A DNA stretch of 64,000 nt from Ascoidea asiatica JCM 7603 (Eukaryota; Fungi; Ascomycota). Below, in pieces: positions 36,190 through 46,521 of the stretch. Location: assembly GCA_001600695.1 (NCBI GenBank), contig BCKQ01000001.1, positions 796,432 to 860,431 of the forward strand. The letters run 5' to 3'. The translations under genes were made by a program, and so were the position numbers. Each line of letters opens with the position of its first letter. Position 1 is the first letter of the stretch. A model generated the notes under the pieces. The model was not told the DNA's origin. It worked only from the letters and a program-made list of their open reading frames with translations, and ran no database searches.

Positions 36190-36693
36190 ATGTCTTCTGT
36201 TAATACTGTCACTTTAATATCGTCTGATAATCAAAAATTTGTTGTTGAAAAAAAAGTTATTGAGAAATCAGTTGTTGTTAGAAATTTAATAGGGGATTTA
36301 GCTGATGATCAAACTATAGATGATGAACCTTTAGAAATTCCATTAAGTAATGTAAGATCTTCAGTAATGACAAAAGTCTTAGAATGGTGTGAACATCATA
36401 AAAATACTTCATTTCCAGATGATGACGATGACGAAGTTAGTAAAAGTACTCCTTTAGATGATTGGGATAAACAATTTTTAGAAGTTGATCAAGATATGTT
36501 ATATGAGATAATTTTAGCTGCAAATTATCTTAATATTAGACCTTTATTAAATGCTGGTTGTAAAGTTGTAGCTGAAATGATTAAAGGTAAAACTGCTGCT
36601 GAAATTAGAAAAACTTTTAATATTACAAATGATTTTTCTCCAGAAGAAGAAGAAGCAATAAGAAAAGAAAATGAATGGGCTGAAGATCGTTAA
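36190..36693 (+). CDS. SKP1: SCF/CBF3 subunit Skp1
   Basis: [43 protein letters not shown] and [25 protein letters not shown]. Confidence 0.98.
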   Translation: MSSVNTVTLISSDNQKFVVEKKVIEKSVVVRNLIGDLADDQTIDDEPLEIPLSNVRSSVMTKVLEWCEHHKNTSFPDDDDDEVSKSTPLDDWDKQFLEVDQDMLYEIILAANYLNIRPLLNAGCKVVAEMIKGKTAAEIRKTFNITNDFSPEEEEAIRKENEWAEDR

Positions 36694-37154
36694 TTTTACG
36701 CTTTTCAATTCTATTTATTAATACAAATATAAATATCCTTAATTATTATATCAAATCTTAATTTTCTTTTCCAATTTTTCTAGCTAATTTGAACTAAATG
36801 ATTTCAATTTTTAAAAAAAAAAAAAAAAAAACATTCATTCAACTTTTGAGTACTAAATTATTAATCTACTTTAAAATTCAAAATTCATTTCCAAAATAGT
36901 TTAAAAATTGGTTTTCAAAATGAGTTTATCTTTTGTTTTTATTTGTTTTTGTTTGCTTCCGAAAAGGAACAAATTATCACCAATTAGAAACTTTATAAAC
37001 GTTTTAAATAATATATATATAAAGTGTTAGATTAAGTAATCTACAAATATTCTATTCTATACTATAATATAAAATCATAATGTGAACAATTAAACATCCT
37101 CTTTCTTTTTCATTGGTTTATAAACCAATTTTCGAACAAGATTATATTCTAACT

Positions 37155-39521
37155 TCATTTTTTTTTCTTTTTCTTTTTTTTTGAGTTACTATTTTTATTA
37201 TTATTACTGTTATTATTATTTGATGATCCTGATGCAGGCTGTACTACAATAGTACCTTCTTTAATCTCGTCACCTGCATCTTTAAGTTTTTCTTGACTAT
37301 CTAAAAAAAACATTAAATCTTTAACTTGTTCTTCTAAATCTACATTTTTAATTTTCAATTCTTCATTTTTTTTAGAAAAATCATCTTTTTCTATCTCAAT
37401 TTTTTCAATTCTTTTTAAAAGTCCTTGAGATATCATTTGTTCTTCTTCAAATTTCTTTTGAACTATATTTACTTTAATTGAATTTTCTTTAAGTTTTTTT
37501 AAACATTTATCCATTTCTTTTGTCATATTATTTAATGTTGACTTCTTAAATTCTTCAACAGTGTTTTTCACAGATTCAATTTCTTTTTTATATGTTAAAT
37601 TTATTTCTTCTAAATTTTTATTTTTATCTGCAATTTCACCAATTTTATCTTCATAATATTCTCTTTGGCTTTCTAATTGAGATATTAAAATATGAGTATA
37701 TTCAAGATTCATATTCTCAATTTTAGAATTATTATATCCATTTGATTTACTTGTTAAATTATTATTGTTGTTGTTATTATTATCATTATAAGTACTACTA
37801 CTATTATTATAATTATTATTATTACTATTATCATTTGGAGTTTCACTTCTTGAAGGTAATTCAACCAATTTTCCATCTGCATCATTTATTAATAATCTAT
37901 GAACATAATTATCACCAGCATAATCCCAAATTCTAACAGTTTGAGTATCCATTGAAAAACAATGACCAGTTTCATTAAAATGATCAATTGCATGTCCTGA
38001 ATTATATCTACCACAACCAATATTTCCACAAATTAAACAAATCCATAAATTAGATTGATTATTACAAACAAAACATTTATCATTATTTTCGTTTGTATTT
38101 GAATTTAAATTTAGATTATTTAATAAAGAATTTTTGGATTTTTGAGAAGAATATCTACAAACTGGACAACTATCATCTTTCCATTTACTTAAGCATTGAC
38201 AATGAAATGTATGTTGACAAGGAATAGTTAATAAACCGGAAATATTTGAATCCATTCTTTCTAAACAAACTGGACAAGTCGGTAGTTCTTTTAACAATGG
38301 AGTTGGAGGAGGAAATGGTTTTGTAGTTTTTAATTGATTTTGAGAAGTAGATAATGTAGTTGAAGAAGTGAATGGATCTTCAATTAAATAAGGTATTGAA
38401 TTATCATGATTAATATCATGATCATGATCAATTCTAAATATTATATTTTTAACATAAATAACATGACAAGTTTCAGGTTCCATTGAATTAAATTGTTTAC
38501 CATTATAAATATTTTTAAATTCTTTTGCTTTTTCTTTTGATCTAAATTTCATTAAAACCATAAATCTATTTGGAGTATTTGATTTTATAAATCTAAAATA
38601 AGATACATTTTCTCTAGCAATTTCACCAACAAAACCTAATAAATCAGTTGCAGTAAAATAACTTGGTACAGCAACAATTGCAATCATTGTTCCATCTCCA
38701 GAAGTTGAATTTAAATTTAAATTATCTAAATTTTTTATATTTTTTGAATCTTTAGTTTTTTTACTGAAGGGAGAACTTATATTTTGATTTATTATAATTT
38801 TAGTCTTTGAATTTTCATTTTCTTTTTCTTTTTCATCTTCATCTTCATTTTCATTAATACTTTTTCTCCTTAGATCCAAATTTAATCCATTATTTGTTAA
38901 AGTATTTATACTAGATTTTGATCTATTCCTAGACCTTGGTTTCCAAATTTTTGAATTTGAATTGGGACTTACATTAGAATTCGAATTGGATAAATTCAAA
39001 TTTTCAAGATTTGATAGTATGCTTTCATCATCATTATCATCTTCTTCAAATTGTCTATATAGCCTTATTATTCCATAACCTAATAATTTTGCTTTCAATG
39101 GTTCATTTGATATTGAAGTTTGAGTAGAAGAAGGCATATTTAAATAAATTAAAGATAATTCTGTGAATCTATTATCTATGAAAAATTTTGAATTTAAATT
39201 AACTTTATTAGAAAATTGATCAATGAAATTATTCAATTTTTTTTTATTTTCAATGATTGAATCTGATTTATCACTAGTCTTGTTTAGTTTATTCAATGAA
39301 GGATTATAAGTTGGAATTATATTTGAGAATATATTTTTTGAATTTAAATTATTTATTGAATTATAATTATTACCTGAAGATACTGATAAATCAATATTTT
39401 GTTTTAATAATTGGTTTATATAAGATTTACTTAATTCTTTATTTTTGATGTTTAAAATATAATTTAAAGAAAATAAATCTATGCAAATTGTGTAATGATA
39501 ATCATATATTGAAGAAGGCAT
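37155..39521 (-). CDS. ETP1: BRAP2/IMP-family RING plus ZnF-UBP E3 ligase
   Basis: BRAP2 domain (NRFMVLMKF, YNGKQFNSMEPETCH), RING (ELPTCPVCLERMD...CQHTFHCQCL...CPVCR), ZnF-UBP (LWICLICGNIGCGRY...IWDYAGDNYVHRL), and coiled coil LEEQVKDLMFFL. Confidence 0.95.
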   Translation of the reverse strand: MPSSIYDYHYTICIDLFSLNYILNIKNKELSKSYINQLLKQNIDLSVSSGNNYNSINNLNSKNIFSNIIPTYNPSLNKLNKTSDKSDSIIENKKKLNNFIDQFSNKVNLNSKFFIDNRFTELSLIYLNMPSSTQTSISNEPLKAKLLGYGIIRLYRQFEEDDNDDESILSNLENLNLSNSNSNVSPNSNSKIWKPRSRNRSKSSINTLTNNGLNLDLRRKSINENEDEDEKEKENENSKTKIIINQNISSPFSKKTKDSKNIKNLDNLNLNSTSGDGTMIAIVAVPSYFTATDLLGFVGEIARENVSYFRFIKSNTPNRFMVLMKFRSKEKAKEFKNIYNGKQFNSMEPETCHVIYVKNIIFRIDHDHDINHDNSIPYLIEDPFTSSTTLSTSQNQLKTTKPFPPPTPLLKELPTCPVCLERMDSNISGLLTIPCQHTFHCQCLSKWKDDSCPVCRYSSQKSKNSLLNNLNLNSNTNENNDKCFVCNNQSNLWICLICGNIGCGRYNSGHAIDHFNETGHCFSMDTQTVRIWDYAGDNYVHRLLINDADGKLVELPSRSETPNDNSNNNNYNNSSSTYNDNNNNNNNNLTSKSNGYNNSKIENMNLEYTHILISQLESQREYYEDKIGEIADKNKNLEEINLTYKKEIESVKNTVEEFKKSTLNNMTKEMDKCLKKLKENSIKVNIVQKKFEEEQMISQGLLKRIEKIEIEKDDFSKKNEELKIKNVDLEEQVKDLMFFLDSQEKLKDAGDEIKEGTIVVQPASGSSNNNNSNNNKNSNSKKKKKKKK

Positions 39522-40186
39522 TTATAAATTGAAAAGTATAAATATCATATATCAATTGATCATCAAAGTAACCATATCATAAAACCAAATTACTAATTAT
39601 TAAATGATATTATTTTTCATTGAGATTAATATTTTGATTCATAGATCAACTCGATATTCTGGATGAACTTCTATATTTCTATTTTATAATTATAGGTTTG
39701 TCAACAGTGACGTTCGTTAAAGCTGCTGTAGTGCTTAAGAGGGTTTGTGTTGGATGGGGTGTAGTCACTTGAGGATGGTATTCAAGCATGTTTGCCCCCA
39801 TTTCACATACAAAAGCTAACAGGATGCGGTGGCTCTACAGATTATCGGATTGCGCACAGTGAAGCCCAAAGATCGTTATCATTAAAAGTGAAAATGAAGA
39901 GAAGAAAAAAAACAAGCTGAAGAAGAAGCAAGTAAGAAAGAATTAAAAAAAATAGTAAAGAGATGGAAAAAAAGATGGAGAAGTAAAGAAAAATAGAAGA
40001 ATTAAAGCAGAAAATGTTTTCTATATAGTATAATTAATTGTAAAGAAAATTGTAGTTGTCTATTTTTAACAGTCTAGGTTTGTGATTTGTTTTTGTATTT
40101 TTAATGGCACATAATTAGATTTTGAATTATTTTGATAATAATGATAAAACATAATGTCTCTTCATTTGGATTGCTTAGCTATTGGA

Positions 40187-41194
40187 TCATTCAAATTTTA
40201 AGAATAGGTCTTTGGTGTCTGTTGACTTTTGAGATTCATTGATATCATTAAGATGAAAAGAAGTTTCTGGTTCCTGAGGTTCCTTAGGTTCTTTAAATTC
40301 GAATGATTCCCCTGGATCATTTATATCCTTCGAATTATTTGAATCTTTTAAATCTTCTGGTTCTTTCCACTCAATTGAATCATTTGGTTCTTTTAATTTA
40401 TCTTTTGTTTTCGATTTTGATTTTGTATGTGACTTTGACTTTGATTTTGATTTCAACTTAACTTTTGACTTTGATTTTGATTTTTTTTTCTTTGATTTAT
40501 CTTCATTATTTTCATTATCTTCATTATCATTATCATTATCATTAGTATTATTATTATCATTAAATTTCAAGTCAAAGTTTATATCCAAACTATCTTTTTT
40601 TTTATGTTTTCCATGTTTTTTATGTTTTTTAGTTTTAATTTTCTTTATAGAAGGTATTGTATTAAAATTAATTATTGAATCTGAATCTGAATTATTGAAT
40701 TCAATTTTTGAAGGAATATATGGTATAAAATTTATATCATTTGGATCAAATTGTCTTAAATCAATTTCAGGAAATTTTATTGAATCTTCACTACTTGATG
40801 AATTACTTAATTTTCTATCTAAAGAAATATCTAAAGAATTATTAAAGTTATTAAAAGAATTATTAAAAGAATTATCACAAGAATAATCTTGATTTTCAAA
40901 CTCTTGATTATCAAATTCTTTATTAATATCATTTGAATTATTAATTATGTTTGAATTTAAATTGAATTTTAAATTACATTGTTCTATTGAATTATTTATT
41001 GATTGTAAAATATCATTATTAATTTTAGTTATTGCATCATTATATAATTTGTTATTATAATTTCGAGTATTTTGATTATTATTCTGCAGTTCTTCCTCTG
41101 GTTCTTCTTCTTCTTCTTGTTTCGTTTCATTTGAACTTATATTTTTTATATTTATGTTTGAATAAGAATTATCATTCTTATTAATAGTTGTCAT
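40187..41194 (-). CDS. Hypothetical low-complexity protein (Asn/acidic, KS repeats, basic NLS-like patches)
   Basis: 335 codons open from an ATG in AAAAATG context in very AT-rich DNA, with codon style like neighbouring genes. No family recognised. Confidence 0.6.
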   Translation of the reverse strand: MTTINKNDNSYSNINIKNISSNETKQEEEEEPEEELQNNNQNTRNYNNKLYNDAITKINNDILQSINNSIEQCNLKFNLNSNIINNSNDINKEFDNQEFENQDYSCDNSFNNSFNNFNNSLDISLDRKLSNSSSSEDSIKFPEIDLRQFDPNDINFIPYIPSKIEFNNSDSDSIINFNTIPSIKKIKTKKHKKHGKHKKKDSLDINFDLKFNDNNNTNDNDNDNEDNENNEDKSKKKKSKSKSKVKLKSKSKSKSHTKSKSKTKDKLKEPNDSIEWKEPEDLKDSNNSKDINDPGESFEFKEPKEPQEPETSFHLNDINESQKSTDTKDLFLKFE

Positions 41195-43689
41195 TTTTAA
41201 GCTTTGAATAAAACATTTATAGGTATAAATAATTATATATAAAATAATATAATAATTGATAAAGGTATTTTTAATAATGTATTTTGATTAAATTTGAATT
41301 TCATTTTAAACTTATCAATCAATATAATTATATAATTATGAGTATGATAATATATTATGTATATTAGTATTAGTATGAATAGTAAAAATGATGGATGATA
41401 TTATATTAGTATCTGACAGTATACTATTTGTAGATTGCTTAAAAATGAGCCATTTAAAAATCTTTTGTAATTAAAATAATAATAATAATAATAATAAATA
41501 GATAGATAAATAATAAAAAATTTGCAATTAGTGTTTGAAATTTTAAGATTTTGGTCAATATTTCAAAAGATTGTTTTCTTGATTAATTTGATAAAGAGAT
41601 TTCAAGGAGTTAAAATAAAAAAAGAGTTAATACAGAAGAAAATGTGTTTAATAAGATAAAAGATTGAATATTTATTTGATTAATTAGTTAATTAATTTAT
41701 CTTTAATTGACTTGATTATTTTAAAATAATGGAGTTTATTGTAATTTAAAGAATTTTAAAAGTTGAAAATAAATAAATCAATAAATAAATGAATAAAGAA
41801 ACAAGGACAAGAAATTTGTAGATATGTATGAGTATTTACAAATTTTTCAAAAAAAATGATAATGACAGTAACAATGATAATTAATGGATAAATAAGAAAT
41901 TGGAAAATTTATGGATAAATAGGTTTTTAAAATTGATTATTGATAATGATTTTTATGTGCGATAATACAATTTTACTTTTGATAAAAAGGGATAAAGTTT
42001 TCCGGAGATGATTTAATATAAATACAGTTAAGATCAGTCTTAAAATTATTGATAATTTGATAATTTAATTATTTAAATATTTTATATAGAATATTTACAT
42101 ATTTAAGTAAAATTTAGAGTGATAAAAGTACTTTCAAAGGTACTTTAAAGGTACTTTTTAGAAATCCATACTAAATCTTCTGAATTAAGTTTGGGTATAT
42201 GAATTTAAAGTTACATAAAAACTGGTAAGACGCAAATTAAAAATTAAATTGGAAGGCAATTTGAAGTTAATTTGAAGGCTTTTGAAGGCATTTCAAAGGT
42301 AAATCAAAGGTAAATCAAAGGCAGAGTGAACTGCCCATACACAATCGCTGGAATAAATGGATTAACTCACACTCTGGCGCCCTCACCCTGGGGGAAAGTG
42401 CAGCAAGCACCGTAGCAGAGTGCTTTGGCATACTACCTCACTGGCTTCTGATGGTAAATGGTAGTGAAAACAAAGAACTGAATGGAAAGCTTGACACTGG
42501 TAATACTGATACTTTTTATTGTTCGATTAAATATTTAGCAGTTTAATCCCCGTGTTAAGCAGTATTTTGGCACGTGATAGTTTTTTATTTGACCATTAAA
42601 ATTGAATTTATTTTGTTTTTATGATTGGGAGCTAGTGAAAGTGTCTATTAGCAGAAAAGAGGCCGGAAAAAAGACTGCAGAAGCGCTCGGCGGCTGGGCG
42701 TGATTGTTAATTATTTTATTCTTTTACTAGAATTGTCTTCGAATATGCTAGGCTATTCTTAGACTTTCTAAGATTTCATAGATTGTTCTACAACTACATT
42801 CTATTGCGTTCTCAGAACTCCCGTGTGCATGTTAAATGTACTAGAACGTTCTGGGTCTTCTTTATTTATTTTTTCTTCAAAGTTCTGTGTGCATCTCGAA
42901 TGTACTGGAATCTTCGTGTTTGATCTTAGAATGACGTAGTGTTTTCTAGTGACAATACTTTATTCTATTTCTTTTCTTAAGTATGGGAAGTGAAATTTCA
43001 CATACTATATTTACAAATTTATTCTTAAGATGGGTTACCCGCTCCTATTTTCTACTAATATAAATAGGGCCCTTACCTCCCATATTTTTTATATAATTTT
43101 TATATATTTTATAATTTAATTAACAATTGATTATAATTTGAAGTAGTTATCTTCTTAGTAATAATTAGATATTTCGTGCGAACTACAATCAGGTGCTAGA
43201 ATCCGCGCCCTGTTTTCCGTGTGCCGGGCTGGAACTGCAATGCCGTGCGTTGTTTATCTACTTTTATCTTACTGTGAGGTTTAAAAACCGGATACATGAT
43301 ACTATTAATGAACATGAATATTATCATATCATAGTAATTTTACTAATTTATTGTAACTATTTACTGTATTTGAATATTGAATTATCCGCTTTTTAGCGAA
43401 AAGCTTCTATTCAAAACATTTATGTTTCATTAATGTCTGGAATGGCCAACTTTGTAAGACTAAAGTGAACATAAATAATCCATTGATTTCTTACTGTAAA
43501 ATATGAGATAACAAAGAGCTTTACTATTTATTACTCTTGTTTTTGAATTCGCAACAGCACCGGTAACGGTTATAAAATTATCATAATCATCGTGTGTGTA
43601 TTTCCGAAATGCAATACCAATAAAACATCCACGTCAGGGTAATATAAATCATATCACGTGGCTCGCTCAATTTTATACATTTTTTCCTC

Positions 43690-43701
43690 ATTATTCTGGG
43701 G
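43690..43701 (+). promoter_or_regulatory. Mig1-type glucose-repression site ATTATTCTGGGG
   Basis: Matches WWWWWN-SYGGGG. Further CCCCAC/CCCCAG cores at about 44444 and 44507, upstream of the ATO-family gene. Confidence 0.45.
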
Positions 43702-45084
43702 TTCAGTAACTTTATATTTAATAGCGGTTATTGTAACCTCTTTGCAATCCAGACAATTTATCGATGCTGATAAAAATCTTAAACAATCTCTAGTGTTATT
43801 ATTCTCATAAGAATAATCTTGATTTCATCCGAGATAACTCAGTTATTCAAATAAAACAGATATGGTGAAATATGTCTTTAAATATAATAGATTTACAAAT
43901 ATGAGATCCAATTTTCAACCACCATCCAAGTAAACCTAAAAGATATATTTCACTGCTATAAAATGTCTATCTATACAGTATAAAAATAACTCTATCATCT
44001 TTACAATGCACTTCAATTGGTTTTTTTTTCAAGCAAAAATCCATCTCTGTTCAGTAATAAATATACAACTTTAATGCTTTTTATTTATTGGGGAAGAAGA
44101 GAACTCCGAGGGGTTGGGGAATTAGAAGTAGAATTCAAAACAGAATAAAAACCACCACAGCACCAATAAACTTCGGAAGTCTGGATATTTTATTGAATTA
44201 TAATAGTTGAGCTTATTTAATTTGTTTCTTCAAAAGGACTTGAGTAAAGTCCGAGAAGCTTACTTAATTTACACTGCAATAGCAACATATTTAGCAATAA
44301 TAAGAGACAAAAAGAAAGAAAAACAAAAATATAGAGAAAAAGAGGAAACAAGCACAGTCTGGAATTTATAAATTATGGTGACTTTAGTAAAATCCTACAC
44401 TTTTCTACTCTTTTTTAAAGAGAGACAAAAACATGTTTTAGGGCCCCACTACCTATAAGAAGCACCGCAATTCCTTTGTATGCTGAGATCTGCGCAATAG
44501 CATCATCCCCAGTCTTTCTTTGCAGCTTTTATCCCTCAAAGCTAATTCTGAACATGGTCAACTTCTATGCTATTTGGCATCTCAACACCACAATTTTATT
44601 TATGTATATCAGTCTCTAGATTTTAAATCAAATCAAATCAATTCAGTTCAAAGTTCAGTTAAAAAACATGTAACTTATGAAGCATAAATATGAAATTTCA
44701 TTAATATGGATATCTTCCTTTTATTGTTGTACTGTTAATTAACTAAAAAGTGGTGTAACATTGATATAGTTTGACCAATTACATAATTGTTGGGTTGCTT
44801 ACTTTCTTTCTTAGTAAAGAATACATACTGTATATATTCACCAGTTTTTTGATTGAAAATAGATTTTTTTAATAGTTGAATAATGAAAATCATTTATTAT
44901 TTATAGAACTTTTAATCCTGTATTTATTTAAATTGTTTAAATCTCTTTTTATCTCTTTGTATTCTCTTGAAATCTTTTTAATTATTTTGATTTTTCATTT
45001 TAATAATTAACCCATAATTCTTGATTCAAATAAACATTAACATAATCATATTTATATTACAATCTTTTATATTTTTTATCAAAA

Positions 45085-45978
45085 ATGTCTAATCTTAATA
45101 CAGATCTTGAAAAAGGTTTACATGACCAAGATCTAAGTAATCCAACTTCAAGTAATCCAAAAAGTTATGATGAAAGTGGAACAATTAACAACAACAATAA
45201 TAACATTCCAATTGGTTCAAATAATATTAATAATAATAATCTCAATCAAAATAATCCAGCTTTAAATAAAATTACCACAAGTTCTTGTGGTAGATATGTT
45301 TATCTTGGTGATCAAGCTTATGAAAAAAATGAATTAATTAATGCCTTTGGTGGTGATTTAAATCCAAGTTTACATCGTGCTTCGGTTCATAAATTTGCAA
45401 ATCCTGTTCCTTTAGGTCTTTCAAGTTTTTCTTTTTGTACTTTAGTTTTATCTTTAATTAATTGTCAAGCAAGAAGTGTATCTAATCCAAATGTTTTAAT
45501 TGGTTCTTTTTTCTTTTATGGTGGAGCAATTGAATTATTTGCTGGTATTTTATGTTTTTGTATTGAAAATACTTTTGCTTGTACTGTTTTAGGTGCTTTT
45601 GGTGGATTTTGGTTAAGTTATGGTGCAATATTATGTGATGCTTTTAATATATCTTCTTCATATTCAACTCAAGCTGAATTAAGTAATGCACTTGGATTTT
45701 TTTTAGCAGGTTGGGTAATTTTTGCATTTTTAATGTGGTTATGTACTTTTAAATCAACTTGGGCTTTTTTCACTTTATTTTTTTTTATTTGGTTTTTTAT
45801 TCTATTACTTTGTATTGCGAATTTTAAACAATCTGTTGGATTAACTAAAGCTGGTGGTGTATGTGGTTGTATAGCTGCTTTATTAGGCTTTTATCATGTT
45901 TATGCTGGTGTTGCTGCTAAAGATAATTCATATCTTGTAATTCCTCCATTTGCTATGCCTCATGCTAATACTGTTTAA
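45085..45978 (+). CDS. Gpr1/Fun34/YaaH (ATO/SatP) acetate/ammonium transporter, Ato3-like
   Basis: AFGG motif, FANPVPLGLSSF (Ato3-type variant of NPAPLGL), FYGGAIELFAG, ENTFA, FGGFWLSY; six TM helices. Confidence 0.92.
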   Translation: MSNLNTDLEKGLHDQDLSNPTSSNPKSYDESGTINNNNNNIPIGSNNINNNNLNQNNPALNKITTSSCGRYVYLGDQAYEKNELINAFGGDLNPSLHRASVHKFANPVPLGLSSFSFCTLVLSLINCQARSVSNPNVLIGSFFFYGGAIELFAGILCFCIENTFACTVLGAFGGFWLSYGAILCDAFNISSSYSTQAELSNALGFFLAGWVIFAFLMWLCTFKSTWAFFTLFFFIWFFILLLCIANFKQSVGLTKAGGVCGCIAALLGFYHVYAGVAAKDNSYLVIPPFAMPHANTV

Positions 45979-46314
45979 TTCTTCGATAATATATTTCTAT
46001 AATGATATCTTTAAATTTTATGATTTTTTAATATTCTAATGACTTCTCCCTTGTTTTTCTTTCATATATATATACTAATATACCTACCCATTCTACAAAG
46101 AAAAAAAAATTTTTTTATTATTCAATGAATGATCTATTTAAATCTTTTTTGTTTATTTCCATTTATAATGTTACTTAATTATATTGGGTTTGTTTACATT
46201 ACTATGGCTTTTTTTATTTAATCTAAATAAAGTATGGGCAAAATCCGTCTTACTTAATTAAAAAAATAAATAATTTGAAAAAAAATCCAGAGCACGGAAA
46301 ACAAATCCTGAAAA

Positions 46315-46322
46315 TTACCCGG
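46315..46322 (+). promoter_or_regulatory. Reb1 site TTACCCGG
   Basis: Exact consensus about 200 bp upstream of SPT6, near A-tracts. Other TTACCCG copies at 43035-43041 and 63603-63609. Confidence 0.6.
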
Positions 46323-46521
46323 ATATTATCCTTTTAAGATATTTTCCTTGAAATTGTAAGATTGAAGAGCGCCAAAACAAAATATTAAATAGTTATTTAC
46401 ATTACTAGAGCTTTAAAAATTAGTTAAAGTATTAAAAACATTCAAATTTTTAAACAAATATTCAATTATTACTTTTTTTTTTTAAATTGGCAAATTAATA
46501 TTTTGTTTGTGGTTTGTAGTA

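Noticed and set aside
43592-43660. CDEIII-like TATTTCCGAAA near ATCACGTG
   Set aside because: The elements are in the wrong order and no CDEII lies between them.
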